DNA of 64,000 nucleotides from Amoebidium appalachense (GCA_963693365.1 CAVNZM010000002.1:9707059-9771058); one strand, 5' to 3'; shown: positions 1 to 22,012, counted from the first letter of the stretch. The notes: generated from the sequence alone by a model not told the origin. Translations and numbers: made by a program.

Positions 1-108
1 GCACAGAACGATTGAACTAGTGGGATGTTCGGTGGTTTTGTGTGTGTAATTGTGCGCGCATGTGCAAGTGTCCATGTGTGCCTGTATATTTGTACACACA
101 CACACACA

Positions 109-233
<125 letters not shown>

Positions 234-261
234 TGTTTATGTGTGTCTGTAAATGTGTGTA

Positions 262-325
<64 letters not shown>

Positions 326-513
326 TCTCTCTCTCTCCCCCCCCCCTCCCCCCCCCCCTGCTCTCTCTCTGTGGCCCAGGGAGTGTATGTGTGTGTGTGT
401 CTCTTTTCTGACACATGGGATAATGCCCAGGGTGTATGTGTGAGTGTGTCTCTTTTCTGACACATGGGATAATGCCCATGGCCAAGACACCTGAGGGGGG
501 GAGGGGTGGGTGG

Positions 514-551
<38 letters not shown>

Positions 552-568
552 GAGAAGGGAGAGGGGGA

Positions 569-603
<35 letters not shown>

Positions 604-619
604 GCCTTTTTAGACGTAC

Positions 620-8810
<8,191 letters not shown>

Positions 8811-8858
8811 CTTAAACGGTCCCCCGGATTCCTCCCCTAACAACCGCCAGCGGTGCAT

Positions 8859-8866
8859 TCACGTGA
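8859..8866. promoter_or_regulatory. Palindromic E-box TCACGTGA about 50 bp upstream of the bHLH-PAS start codon
   Basis: The sequence tcacgtga is seen directly; function is inferred only. Confidence 0.3.
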
Positions 8867-9099
8867 GATAATCATCATCATAAAAATTTTCAACAGTGTC
8901 TGTGCGGCTAGGGGTATAATTAAGTTTTAAAGGCAGTTTGAATTCAGATTCTAAGGAAACAAATTCACGGCTAAGTTAAAGTTAACCGTTATGGCTCCAG
9001 CAGGGTGCTTCCTTTTTTAGCAAGCTACCGTATAGTTGAATTTTATTAACTAGTTTAATAACTCGGTTACCTCGGTAATGATCCTGTAGCTCAGGCAGG

Positions 9100-10300
9100 G
9101 AACCCTCAGCCCACGGCACAGCAAACTACACTACCTACAGTGCGGGCGAGAGTCAGCCAAATTTTAAGTTCTGATGGGCTGTTGTCTCCTGCCGTGTGAC
9201 TGTGGCAAGTCTTTTCACAGCACGGGCATACCGTCCGGCGTGCACCTTTAAGTTAGTGAGACCCAGCCTGCCGAAGGCAAACCGTTACTGAAAGGCTGCA
9301 CAGAATAAACACATCATATGATGGAGCGGTGCCGCGGCGCGCTGCGCAAGCTACCTATTATTTATAATACACATAAACTTTGCCCGGACGTAAGTCTGAA
9401 CACCTGGCTGAGCCGGCTGCTGATGACGCTGATGGTACGTTTCACCTGCCGGAGTCACTGTGAATCTGACCGAGTCTGTTACCATAAAATTTATTACCTT
9501 GCATGCCATGGACTGAGAGGTGCCGGTCCCGAGACCCTCCCTGTGTGTCACTGAGCGGCTGAAGTTCGCACGTTCTGAGCCCTCGGCAGGAGTGAACTTC
9601 AGTACTAGTGATATCCGAAAGTCACTGAGAATCATTAGTCTACGAGCCTCATAGCGAAGGTGGCCAAGGCGCTTGAAGATGCCACAATGATTATGAATGT
9701 CTTGTGACACCGTAAGCCCGCCGTGTAGTAGAAACACGAACCATAGTAACCGGTGTGGGCTATGTAACGAGTGGTCGCCATCATACAAGGTAGCCGCATC
9801 TATTTAGAAACCGTGACCGTCTTGACATGACCTCAGGCCGGAATGATTAATGTCGAATTCAGTTCGGACTGAGACACCGTGTCCATGTCAAGAGCATCAA
9901 CTTGCGGCCGTCAGCCAAGCTGAACTTTGTTGAAGTTATAAAGGCACCTCTGATTCGAACTGAAGCCTCAACCTTTTTTGAGGTGAGCACATTATCACAA
10001 TGACATCATAGTTAGGGCACGGAGCGTACCTTGTTTCGCCGACCAGGCCGTTGCCAAGTTGAGCTGCCACGGAAACAGTCCGTCACTGTGCATGTGGTTC
10101 GCTAAAGAGTCAACGGATTGGGCAAATCAACGGAATAAACGGCCGGGCCAGAGGCGTCCTGTCCACAAAAGCAGCTTCCGCTGAGAACGAATCTCAGAGA
10201 GCTTTCAAATAATCAGCTTCGACTACGTATGTTGAAATCTACGCCTGAGAAATCATTGTCAGGCTATGATAATCATTCGGAGTCACTCTGTGACGGCGGG
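9100..10300 (+). pseudogene. Decayed hAT-superfamily transposase relic
   Basis: Collinear hAT motifs in broken frames: TSYDGA (~9311-9328), C-x-x-H-x-L-like ACHGL (~9501-9515), VETR (~9728-9739), and the C-terminal dimerisation motif CMWFAKESTDW...ARGVLSTKAASAENE(SQ)RAF (~10089-10206). Many stops and indels; TIRs not identified and boundaries approximate. Confidence 0.6.
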
Positions 10301-12007
10301 TTCTCGGCAGTCTGCCGCCGTCATTGCCTGTGCACCCTCAAATTACGGTAAAAGACGTGGAGAGGTGTCTGTATAGATGTCAATAGCCGTGGCGAAGGTT
10401 CAAGACTCATGGGCCTTCAAGCTCCTCATCATGAGGCCCCTTGAAGCCATAAGCGTAACTCGCTGACAGTGACGAGACTCTGGGCCCCTCGACCCCGGCA
10501 ACAGAGGACTCAACGCCTCCCTATTACAAAACTAGAGACTGCAGTATAAAGGTACCAGTCAATAAACTTGGCTCATGTTGCTACAGCAGCAGGCCTATCA
10601 CAACTTTCTCTTTTTGCCCTTCAACTTCCGGCGTTTTTACACACACAACAGGCATGAACCCGGGCCGGTACACGGGCCCATGGCGGCGGCACCGTGACTT
10701 ACCCTTTGGTATGTATCCTGGCATTTCGGCGTAACTGTCCGAAGCAGGGATTGAAAGATCTGGAAGAAAATAACCTAAAATACCGTATTTGTTTTTGTTG
10801 GAATTTTCTTAATTCTAATGTTGGTTTTGTTCTTATAGGTTCTTATTGAACCCCAGCTGTTTTGTAATATCAGTTCTGTTTCTTCGAATACTATATTCCG
10901 CTATCCATAAGAAAGCCCCGATGTACATAACAGGGCTTCATATTCATATGCAAGAGTGCAATGGCTTGCAGAAAACCACTTTTTCTTTAGGAAGCACACT
11001 TTTATCCCTTCTGAGCACAATAACTCTATCTCTTTGGTTTTTTTTTTTTTTTGCTACGAATGACATGCGACACCTCACAACGGTACTAATCGCTGCATAT
11101 CCGTATTTTCAACCTCTGGAACGGGGATACTATGATCACGCGTACTTATTTACTTCCGTTGATCATTCAATTTGGTGGAGAATGGTGTAGGCCTATAATT
11201 GAGAGTGGTTGCAGATAATGCCAGATTCCTTGCAAGTTTTTTTCTTTTTTTTCGTGTCTTCCTAGAAATATTTGTGCATTCGTCTTCTCCTGGATGTTCA
11301 TGACTCTGATAGTATGCGATTGTAATAGTAATCATTGTGTCCGGCTATATGTAGATCTACTGACGATTTCATTTTTATAAACGGCCAGACAGTTTAGCAG
11401 AATTCCGTCTTGGAAACAATGCAATTTTTTTTCTAAAGGAAAAGCTTTAAAAAGGCTTGGCTGTTTTGATTCAAAATACATGTGTAACCGTTAATACGTT
11501 TGTAAGTCAGGAGCGGAAACTTTGCGGCAGTGTCATGGCGCCGGCGGTACACAACATAATCAACCTTAGTCTGTAAATATTGCTGTAAATCCGAATTCCG
11601 GTGCTGGCCCAAACAAAATCATAATGACATCAAGTATTGAGCTGCTCATCTTGAAAAATTGTCACTTACTATCCCATTTACTTACGGCGGTGAAACACGC
11701 ATATAAATGCAGCAGAAGCGAGAAAAAGGAAATAACTCCCTGTCTACCGCATGGTGAGTTTGAAAGTTCAGAGCTCTCTATATTAATGGCGCAGGGCTGC
11801 CCCTCAACATCAAGATTCAAGAACGATCATATTCCTGAAGCATTGAAATTTCAGTATCTGATGCCGTGAGTCACGTGAATCGTTCGACTCGGACAGAATG
11901 AATTCGATGATCTCATATAAAAATGGCCCCGCCGGCCCCTGCGCCTCGGGCACTGGCTTCCTGCATATATCTCTCAATACTTCTCCAAAAACGAGACGTT
12001 GGATTGT

Positions 12008-12076
12008 TTCAAGAAATTCAGTTAGTATGGTTCCCTGTTAACAATTCAAGAAATTCAGTTAGTATGGTTCCCTGTT
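12008..12076. repeat. 32-bp perfect direct duplication with 5-bp spacer
   Basis: ttcaagaaattcagttagtatggttccctgtt at 12008-12039 and 12045-12076, spacer aacaa. Confidence 0.9.
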
Positions 12077-13679
12077 GAGGTTTCGTTGTGGAAAGACCAT
12101 CTCATATTACAAAGCATTTTCCGATTTGGCACACTCTCGGTAGAATCACCCTAGAGTTTTAGGGAGAACCGCCTCCTAGCCCGCACACATGTGCCGGCGT
12201 AGCCCTCTCCCACTTCTAATCTCGCCTTCAAGGCCCTACTTTCCCTTCTACGCACATGTATACACCTTTAATGCAGTACATCAACCTTCTTTATATGTTA
12301 CTGCACAATACCACCTTTGACTACTCACTCAAAAGCATCTTGAAAGCGTGTCTATATACCCAGGCGCGCGGAGCAGCACATATGAGAGCCCCGCTAGCCG
12401 ATCGGCTTGCTTCGTCTTCCACAAGTTCGCCGCTTTAAAATCCCTGCATTAGTAAATCACGCATTGCTTGTACCGACATAATAATTCGCATTGCATTTCG
12501 CATCGACATCATTAGAATGTCATTTTCCCGCCCAAAGAAACGTCGACATCGGTACGTGCCGTAGGCCCGACTGATAGTAACTGAGTACCGACTATATAGG
12601 ACTAAAACACTACTGATACCTTTGTGAGGAGGAGCACAAGGTAGCGCTTACATATGGTACACTTGCACCCAAATGCTACGTGTTACCCTTGTTTACATAT
12701 GCACACCCGTAAGCTAAACCTTGCACATGGTTCATATGGATTGAATACAAAAGTGAGCAATATTTACTGCCCGGTCCTTGTGGCGGATTACACAGCCATA
12801 GTTAACTGTCAGACATTTCGCCAAACGAGACGAACACTCTTTACAAACCTCTGCGGTCGTGCACCCGTAAGTCAAACCATCGTCAGCGTTCTTTTTTTTC
12901 CAAGCCTTCTGTTTTGGCGCCCTTCACCTCTGCTGTGTATTGCAGCCTGCTCCCAGTTCCTTTCATCAACCCCCCTATCTCCCTCTCTTTTTATATTTTT
13001 TTTTGCATCTCCACACGCCCTTTAACCCCCCCCCCCCCTCCCCCCCTCCCCCCCCTTCCCTTCTATAGATGTCTCTATCTCTGAGCATGTTTATACGTGT
13101 TTGTACTTGTGCGAACACACACACAATTTCTTCGCTTCTCCTTAGGCACCTCCGTCTTTCCATCACTCCAACCAATTATCCACCAGGTCATAGCCCTTTT
13201 GCTTCACTCCTGAAACCCTCGAACCCTATCTGTCTTCTCCCCTCTCCACATCTCCATCAGCCTCTTCTCAAGGTTCCATCATCTTTCTTCTCCCTTCCCC
13301 CCTCCGTTCATCCCTTTCTTCTACCCGGGCTTCCGTCTTTCCGAACTCATCACTTTGCTGTGCGACTTTGCTGCACGCAGCAGCTCCCTCCCTGCCGCCA
13401 TCGTCCAGCTCTCTCCTTCATCATTTTTTTCTCTCTGTGTTTGCTCTTTTACCCCCCCCCCCCCCCCCCCCCCTCTGTCCCCCTCTCAATGCCCCACCCC
13501 CTGCCCCCTTCGTCCAGCTCTCTCCTTCATCATATTTTTCTCTCTGTATTTGCTCTTTCGTCCCCCCCCCCCCTCTTCCCCTGCCCCTCTCATTGCCCCT
13601 CCCTCCTGCCCTTGCTCTCTCACCCATCTTCAACCTCTCTCCAAACCTCTTGCTCTGTGTGTACGTGCCCAATTGTCTG

Positions 13680-13779
13680 TCCGTTGCCTCTCTCTCTCTC
13701 TCATGCTTTTATCTCCTTTTGTTTTTATTTTTGGGACGTCTCTCACTTCCCCCCCCTCTGTCTCTCTCACTCTTGCTCC

Positions 13780-13810
<31 letters not shown>

Positions 13811-14045
13811 CCTCTCCCTCTCTCCCTCTCTCTCTCTGTCTTTGTCTCTCTCTCTCTCTCTCTCTCACTATGCCGATCTATCTATCCATCCCTCTCTCTC
13901 TCTATCTCTCTCGCTCCCTCCCTCTCTCTCTGTCACACACACACACACACACACACACACCCTCTCTCTCTCTCCCTCTCCCTCTCTCTCTCTCCCTCTC
14001 CCTCTCTTTCTTTATCTCTGACACACACACACTCTCTCTCTCTCG

Positions 14046-14076
<31 letters not shown>

Positions 14077-14113
14077 CCTCTATCTCTCTTTCTTTATCTC
14101 TGACACACACACA

Positions 14114-14152
<39 letters not shown>

Positions 14153-14290
14153 CCTCCCTCCCTCTCTCTCTCTCTCTCTCTCCCTCCCTCCCTCTTTCTC
14201 TCTCGCTCTCTCCCTCCCCCCTCTCCCTCGCTTTCTCTATCTCTGACACACACACACACACACAAAAACATACACACACACACACACATG

Positions 14291-14344
<54 letters not shown>

Positions 14345-14358
14345 TACACACAAACACA

Positions 14359-14396
<38 letters not shown>

Positions 14397-14620
14397 AGTG
14401 CATGCATGGCATGTGTGTGTGCACGCGAACACACACAACCCTCTCTTCGTGCGTGTGCATGCAAACACACACAACCATTTCCTAGCGCATGTGTGCGCAT
14501 GTGTGCTTGCGAATTCACACAACCATCTATTGACCCTCTCTCTTTCTCTCATCTCTCTCATTTTCTCTCTCCCTCTCTGACACACACACACACCACACAC
14601 ACACACACACACACAAGTGC
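13680..14620. repeat. Compound (CT)n/(CA)n microsatellite field
   Basis: Directly visible dinucleotide arrays; source of the SLSL/HTHT pseudo-ORFs. Confidence 0.9.
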
Positions 14621-15468
14621 GTGCATGGCAGGTGTTCATGTGTGTATATGCTCGAACACACACGCACAGAGAGAGAAAGGGAGGGAGAGAGAGAGACATG
14701 GAGGGCGAGAGGTGGAAGCAGAAAAAACAAGGGAGGGAGAAGGGTTGGGGGGGGGGGGGGGGGGGGAGTGAGATAAGTAACCACACAGACACACACATAC
14801 ACATACAGACGGGCACACACCGGCGCACACACAGGCACACCCACACAGACAGACGCGAATACCAGCGCGCACGCATGGGCACACACCACCCCAGCCCCTC
14901 CCTTCTCCCCCCTCCCTCCCGGGCCCCCATTAGTCCTAACATACCCCCCTCCCCCCCCCCCCCCCCCTCTTTCGACTCCACATCGCTCATGACAAACCAC
15001 ATCAGACCCCACCCCCTAACAGACGACATATCAGGCCCCCTACCCCCATTCAACTCACGTCAGACACCTGATCCCCTCATGATACCCCCCCACTCACATT
15101 AATTACTGTTGGTAACTTGCCACGGTGTTACTGTAACATCCAAGTCTTCGTGGTACGCAACATGAAAATACTTTGTGTCGCGCAGATGGGCACACGCAGC
15201 CATGACACACACGCACACACACACACACACTCACCGCTACAAACACACACACACACTGTGGCACACACACATTCAAACACATTCACATGCACACACACAC
15301 AATGTGCCAACAATGGTTGCACACAAAGACCTGGAAAAGGGCATAGAGATCCAAGAAGCTTTGAATTGTTGATGTATGATAAATCGAGCCCGTGTGCCGA
15401 ACCACGTACAGCTCTTTCAGGTCGTTACACACTCATGTAGCACCCCATGTAACCCCATAAATAATGTG

Positions 15469-15502
<34 letters not shown>

Positions 15503-15701
15503 ACCACCACCACCACCACCACCACACACACACACACCAGCTGCACCACCACCACACACACCCTTCCGTGAAGAATTGACATCCACCGCATAAGCACGAA
15601 CTAACAAGGGTGTATGTGTCCGTAGTGCGTCATGTGTACACGTGTGTGTGTGTGTGTGTGTGTGCGTGTGTGTGTGTGCGTGTATGCTCTACCAACCGGG
15701 G

Positions 15702-15736
<35 letters not shown>

Positions 15737-16162
15737 AATGGAATGGAAAGAAAAGAAAAAGAAAAGAAAAGGCAATAATTTTCCATCAAAATGGAACAGC
15801 CGTGATTATAAAAAATTTACAAAAAAAAATAAAAACAAATAATCAATATTATGAGGCGGTACGGTACCCCAAGCTCATCACGGTCTTGATCTTAATAATG
15901 ACAACCAAACAAAATGGGGTTACAAAGCATACAAAATGCAATTTTTCACAGTGCACGGTGTTATATTCTGCTCTTAGATTATGCCTCCAAACTCAAAGAT
16001 GAAATACCCACGGTGCAGCTTGCGACGTCCTACGATATCTTCCTACTCCGCAGTTTACGTGGTTGGCTGGTAATCAATCGCCTCTTTTATCACCTGCTGG
16101 TCAGCACTGGAGCGTTGAACACCACGCTTTTTGCCTGGGGCCCGTCGAGCAACCCCTGCATA

Positions 16163-16218
<56 letters not shown>

Positions 16219-16239
16219 TTGTCAGTAACCCCATCCACC

Positions 16240-16647
16240 CCCCCGCCCATCAGACACCCTATCAGATCCCCCCCCCCCCCCCCCAAAAAGAAAAAAAAAA
16301 AACAAAGAAAAAACGACCCCCTATCCCTAATCCGTCCCCCTTTCCACACCCTTCATGACAATCCGCATGAGACCCTCCCCCCCCCCCCCCACCTGACCAC
16401 GAAACAGCCTCCCCTCCCCCACCAGACCCCTCACCAGACAACTCATCAGACCCCTCCCCCTCCCCCACCAGACCCCTCACCAGACTTGCCACCCCCATCC
16501 GACCCCCTTTCAGACCCCTGATCAGGCCCCCCCCCCCCCCCCCCTCCACCCTTCCCATCGTACCCCCTAACAGACCCCTCGACCGACGCCTCTCAGAACC
16601 CCCCCCCCCCCCCCCCATCAGACCCCTCATCAGATCCCCAATCCACT

Positions 16648-16686
<39 letters not shown>

Positions 16687-16767
16687 AGTCCCTTTGTGCT
16701 CCAACCCCCCTCCCCCACCCTCCATTTCGACTGCACAACCCTGCAGGACAATCCGCGTGACGCAACC

Positions 16768-16803
<36 letters not shown>

Positions 16804-17593
16804 CTGACCACACCCTGCATGACAATCCGCATGAGAATCCGCCAACCTGACTACCGATGAGACCCTCTACCCCATTCAACCCCCTACCAGACACCTCATC
16901 AGACCCATCACCAAACCCCCCCCCCCATCAGACCCATCATCAGACCCCCCGCCCCCATCCGACCCCCTATCAGACACGTCATCAGACCCCTCATCAGACC
17001 CCCCCCCTCCCCCCATCAGTCCCCTCATCAGAACCCCCCCCCCCCCCCCCGGCCCCATCAGACCGACCGATCATCAGACCCCCCACCCCCATCCGACCCC
17101 CTATCAGACAGGCCATCAACCCCTCATCAGACTCCCCCCCTCCCCCCATCAGACCCCTCATCAGACCCCCCCCCCCCCCCCCCCATCCAACCTGTCATCA
17201 GACCCCCCACCCCCATCCGACCCCCTATATCAGACACGTCATCAGATCCCTCATCAGAACCCCCCCCCCCCCCCCTCCCCCCTCTCTCTCTACCATCAGA
17301 CCCCTCATCAGACCCCTCCACCCCTATCCGACGACCCCCCATCAGACAACTCATCAGAACCCCCCCCCCCCCCCCCCCCCATCCAACCTGTCATCAGACC
17401 CCCCACCCCCATCCGACCCCCTATCAGACACGTCATCAGATCCCTCATCAGAACCCCCCTCCCCCCCCCCCCCCCCCCTCTCTCTCTCCCATCAGACCCC
17501 TCATCAGACCCTCCACCCCAATCCGACGACCCCCCATCAGACAACTCATCAGACCCCCCACCCCTCATCCAATCCCTAATCACCCCCCACACG

Positions 17594-17627
<34 letters not shown>

Positions 17628-18039
17628 ACTCCCCCATCAGACCCATCATCAGACCCCCCACCCCCATCCGACCCCCTATCAGACACGTCATCAGATCCCT
17701 CATCAGAACCCCCCCCCCCCCCCCCCCCCCCTCCTCTCTCTCTACCATCAGACCCCTCATCAGACCCTCCACCCCTATCCGACGACCCCCCATCAGACAA
17801 CTCATCAGAACCCCCCCCCCCCCCCCCCCCATCCAACCTGTCATCAGACCCCCCACCCCCATCCGACCCCCTATCAGACACGTCATCAGATCCCTCATCA
17901 GAACCCCCCTCCCCCCCCCCCCCCTCTCTCTCTCCCATCAGACCCCTCATCAGACCCTCCACCCCAATCCGACGACCCCCCATCAGACAACTCATCAGAC
18001 CCCCCACCCCTCATCCAATCTCTAATCACCCCCCACACG

Positions 18040-18076
<37 letters not shown>

Positions 18077-18324
18077 ACTCCCCCATCAGACCCATCATCA
18101 GACCCCCCACCCCCATCCGACCCCCTATCAGACACGTCATCAGATCCCTCATCAGAACCCCCTCCCCCTCCCCCCCCCTCCCATCAGACCCTCCACCCCC
18201 ATCCGACCCCCTATCAGACACCTCATCAGACCCCCCCCCCCCCCCTCCCCCCCCACAAAACTCCTCATCATACCCCCCACCCCTCAACCTCTAATCACCC
18301 CCCACACGACAACCTCACACCCAG

Positions 18325-18361
<37 letters not shown>

Positions 18362-19201
18362 ACCCTTCGACTCCATACCCTGCATGACAAAGCGCATGAG
18401 AATCCGCAAACCTGACCACCAATGAGAGACCCTCTACCCCATTCAACCCCCTACCAGACACCTCATCAGACCCCCCATCAGACCCCTCACCAGACCCCCC
18501 CCCTTCCCCCCCCCCCTTCCCCTCATCAGACCCATCATCAGACCCCCCAGCCCCATCCGACCCCATATCAGACACGTCATCAGACCCCTCATCAGACCCC
18601 CTCTCCCCCCCCCCCCATTAGACCCCTCATCAGACCCCCCCCCCCATTCAACCTGTTATCTGACCCCCCACCCCCATCCCACACGTCAACAGATCACTCA
18701 TGAGCCCCCCCCCTCCCCCTCCCGCCATCAGACCCCTCATCAGACCCTCCACCCTCATTCGACCCCCTGTCAGACTCCTCATCAGACCCCCCCCCCCCCC
18801 CCCCCTTCAGACTCCTCATCAGACCCCCCACCTCTTTTACAACCTCCAATCACCCCCCGACCCCCCTCCTTCCATTAGTCCTATTGTACCCCCCCCCCCC
18901 CCCCCCCCCCGGGCCCAAATTTGGCTCCACGCCCTTCATTACAATTCGCATAAAAGACCACCCTCCCACACCTGACCACTTATCAGACCCCTACCCCCAT
19001 CTGACACCCTGTCAGACTCCTCATCAGACCCCCCTCTCCATCAGCCCCTCCCCCCTCCCCCCTTGTCCCATCAGACCCCCCATCCGACTCCCCATCAGAC
19101 CCCCTCCCCCACCATCAGACACCCCCCCACCCCCCCCCCCCCCCCTCTCCCCATCAGACCCCCTATCAGACCCCTTCCCCCTCCATCAGATTCCTCATCA
19201 G

Positions 19202-19235
<34 letters not shown>

Positions 19236-19270
19236 CCCCCCCAAACCAACCTCTTGTCATCCCCCCACAT
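16240..19270. repeat. Hierarchical C-rich satellite built on a CCCCTCATCAGA core
   Basis: Dozens of catcagaccc cores; roughly 180-200-bp subunits (atccaacctgtcatcagacc...gacacgtcatcagatccc...gacaactcatcaga), a roughly 450-bp tandem duplication between about 17200 and 18150, and an outer direct repeat (ccctgcatgacaa...ccccattcaaccccctaccagacacctcatcaga) at ~16815 and ~18378. Confidence 0.9.
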
Positions 19271-19280
19271 TGAAAAGAAC

Positions 19281-20918
19281 TTTTTTATAATGACTTTATT
19301 GATATGCTCAGCAAAATAGAAGCCATCGAGATATCACCGATATCTCGGAGAAGAAAAATACAAAAGCCCTCACTCTCGGATACGGAGGAGATAACGACTT
19401 AAATAATCATACACCCTAGAAAACTCATTAAACATACCGTGGTTCAACAGATAGTCAATAGACGTAATGGCAGGATTATCTAAATAAGCCAGTCTTCTAA
19501 TTTCTAACGGAATAATCTGAGATAAACAAATACATCTATCTAAGTGTTTATGAGAAAAAGGTTCTGCACAAAAGTGGCACAAACATTTATGGAAACAAAG
19601 GTTACAGCGCCAAAATAAACATTTCCAGGCTATGCCACAAGGAGGGGTTAGAATTGCAAAATGGGTAAGTGTGGTAGGTTTACGAGAGGAAGGATAGATA
19701 TAAGTAGCTAATTTACACGACGATTGTAAAGAAAATAGACGAGTCTCTAATATATAAAGAAGCACAGGCTCAAGAGCCCTACCATAATACTCTTTATCAC
19801 AACGATGAAGCAAAGGATATTGAGTATGAAACCAAGTAACATACTGCTGATAACTAGTGGAAGAGAAAAATAAAGGAGATAAGTATTTAAAAGGATATCT
19901 CGGAATGGGAGAGAGATTGGGGATAGGACATTTCGCACGAACATTAGATATGCCGGGAACAGGTGCTAAAGAAGGAAAGAATTGCAACAAAGGATGATAA
20001 GAAGGAAGCCTAACCAAATGAGAACAAAAGTGAAGTCCTAATTCATTCATACGCTGGCGCACCGGAGGGAGACCAAAAACACTCAGCAAGGGAGCCGCCA
20101 AAGGATGCCTACGCGAGGTTCGAGAAATAAACTGGATGAATTCACGCTGAAAGGAATCGAACGAATTCCCGAAGAGCCGCGCGCTGTTGCCGTGGAGGGG
20201 CCCACAAGAGTAACGGGAGGCCATATTCGAAACATGGACGAAGAAAAACTTTATAAAGAGTGAGCAAATTGGCAGGATGAATATTAAAGATATTTACGAA
20301 TATTCCTTGATAGATATGTAAGCGACCACGCGCACGAGAAATGCGCGAAGTCAAAAGGCGCTCAAACCAGATACCCTTAGAGGTGAAAGGAATACCTGAA
20401 TAGTCATAGGAGGACACGATTGGGATAGGTTGATTGTTCAGAGTGTACTGTGCATTGGAAGAAAAGGTGCCGCATTTATCTATCCCAATTTTCATGAAAT
20501 TTCGGAAACACCAGTCATCTACTCGAGAAAGCATGTCACATGATAGAAGGATCGTGAGTGACTAAGACAATATCATCAGCGAAAAAAGGGCCGGAGGATG
20601 TGAGAAAAAACGTCACGCGGGCAGGGAGAGGAAGACAATGGAGAGATAGGAAGACAAGGGAGGAGAGAGGGAGAAGGGGGAAAGATCCAGGGGAAAGAGG
20701 GGGGGGGGGGGGGGGGGGGGGGAGGGGGGGGGGGACAGGAAGGTAAGACGTAATAAGAGACGAGTGGGAAAGGAGAAAGAGGAGACAGGGATGGCTAGGG
20801 AAAGAGGGGCTGGGTGGGAGGGGGGGGGGGGGGGGGGGGGGGGATGGGGGGGGGGGGAACAAGAAAGCAAGTGTCTGAGATAAGAGAAAGACAATCGGTC
20901 AAAGCAGGCCCATGGGAA

Positions 20919-20981
<63 letters not shown>

Positions 20982-21527
20982 GGGAGAGAAGGGGGTTAGG
21001 AAGCAAACATGAAAGAAGGACATTATAGAAGACAACGATAAAAGAGCATGATCTGATGAGAGTAAGGAACCATGAAGGGGGGGGGGGGGGGGGGGGGGGG
21101 GGGAGGGGGGGGGGGATAGCATACATCAAAGGAGAAATTATACACAACAATGAAATGATGAGCGGGAGGAACCGGAAAAAAAGGGGGGGGGGGGGGGGAG
21201 GGGAGGGGGGGTCAGAGAGTGGTAATAGGGGATGTGAAAAGTGAAGGATAGAGGGGAAAGGGGATTAACGGATGTAAAGAAAGTGGAGAGGGGAGGAAAT
21301 ACCTCGGGGGAGAAGATAGAGTAGTAGAGGGAATGAGAGAGAAAGAGCGCAGCTGGAGGAGTGGAAAAGGAGACATAGTGTGTACCCGATCGAGTCCGGG
21401 CCGGGCCGGTCCCTTCTCTCTTCTTCCTCAGAGACACTGAGACTCTCGGATCAGCGCAATTTGGCAGCCTACTAAGGGGTCGCCCGCAACCGGTATATAT
21501 ATATATATATTTATATATGTTTATATA

Positions 21528-21588
<61 letters not shown>

Positions 21589-21958
21589 TATATATTTATA
21601 TATATTTATATCAGTTCATATAGTAGCCCGATATCGTCTCGTATACGGTGCATATATATTGGGGCATATGCATACTGGGTGAGTTGCATATACCAGTCAA
21701 GTGTGGCACAGGCTGTGCCACTCTTGACCACGACACACGATACGGATCATGGCAGAGTCGGACTCAGCGATGTTGATTGGTCCGATATTGAACGTGTGTG
21801 GCACAGGCAGTGCCATTCTCGATCACGAGCTTGCAGCAACTTCCCCGGTGCAGAGCTTCGTAACGTATGTTTTTATGTACCCATTTATAATGTTTAAGTT
21901 ACTATTATCACTTATATTTCCATTTATTCATTAAAATCAGTATATATTCACATATATT

Positions 21959-22012
<54 letters not shown>

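Noticed and set aside
382-478. About 49-bp tandem duplication, plus similar small duplications at 13402-13558 and 57389-57424
   Set aside because: Ordinary local duplications in non-coding DNA with no further structure.
9080-9120. tRNA/SINE A-box-like TAGCTCAG
   Set aside because: No B-box or cloverleaf follows.
17127-18575. GSDEGSD- or HQTP-repeat protein ORFs
   Set aside because: Frames shift at every variable C-run; best explained as satellite DNA.
16240-19270. CRISPR-like array, or hammerhead/snoRNA array (minus strand repeats CTGATGA)
   Set aside because: Spacers are C-runs rather than unique sequences, there are no cas genes and the context is eukaryotic. The CUGAUGA cores lack the downstream GAAA and stems needed for hammerheads, and I see no C/D box geometry.
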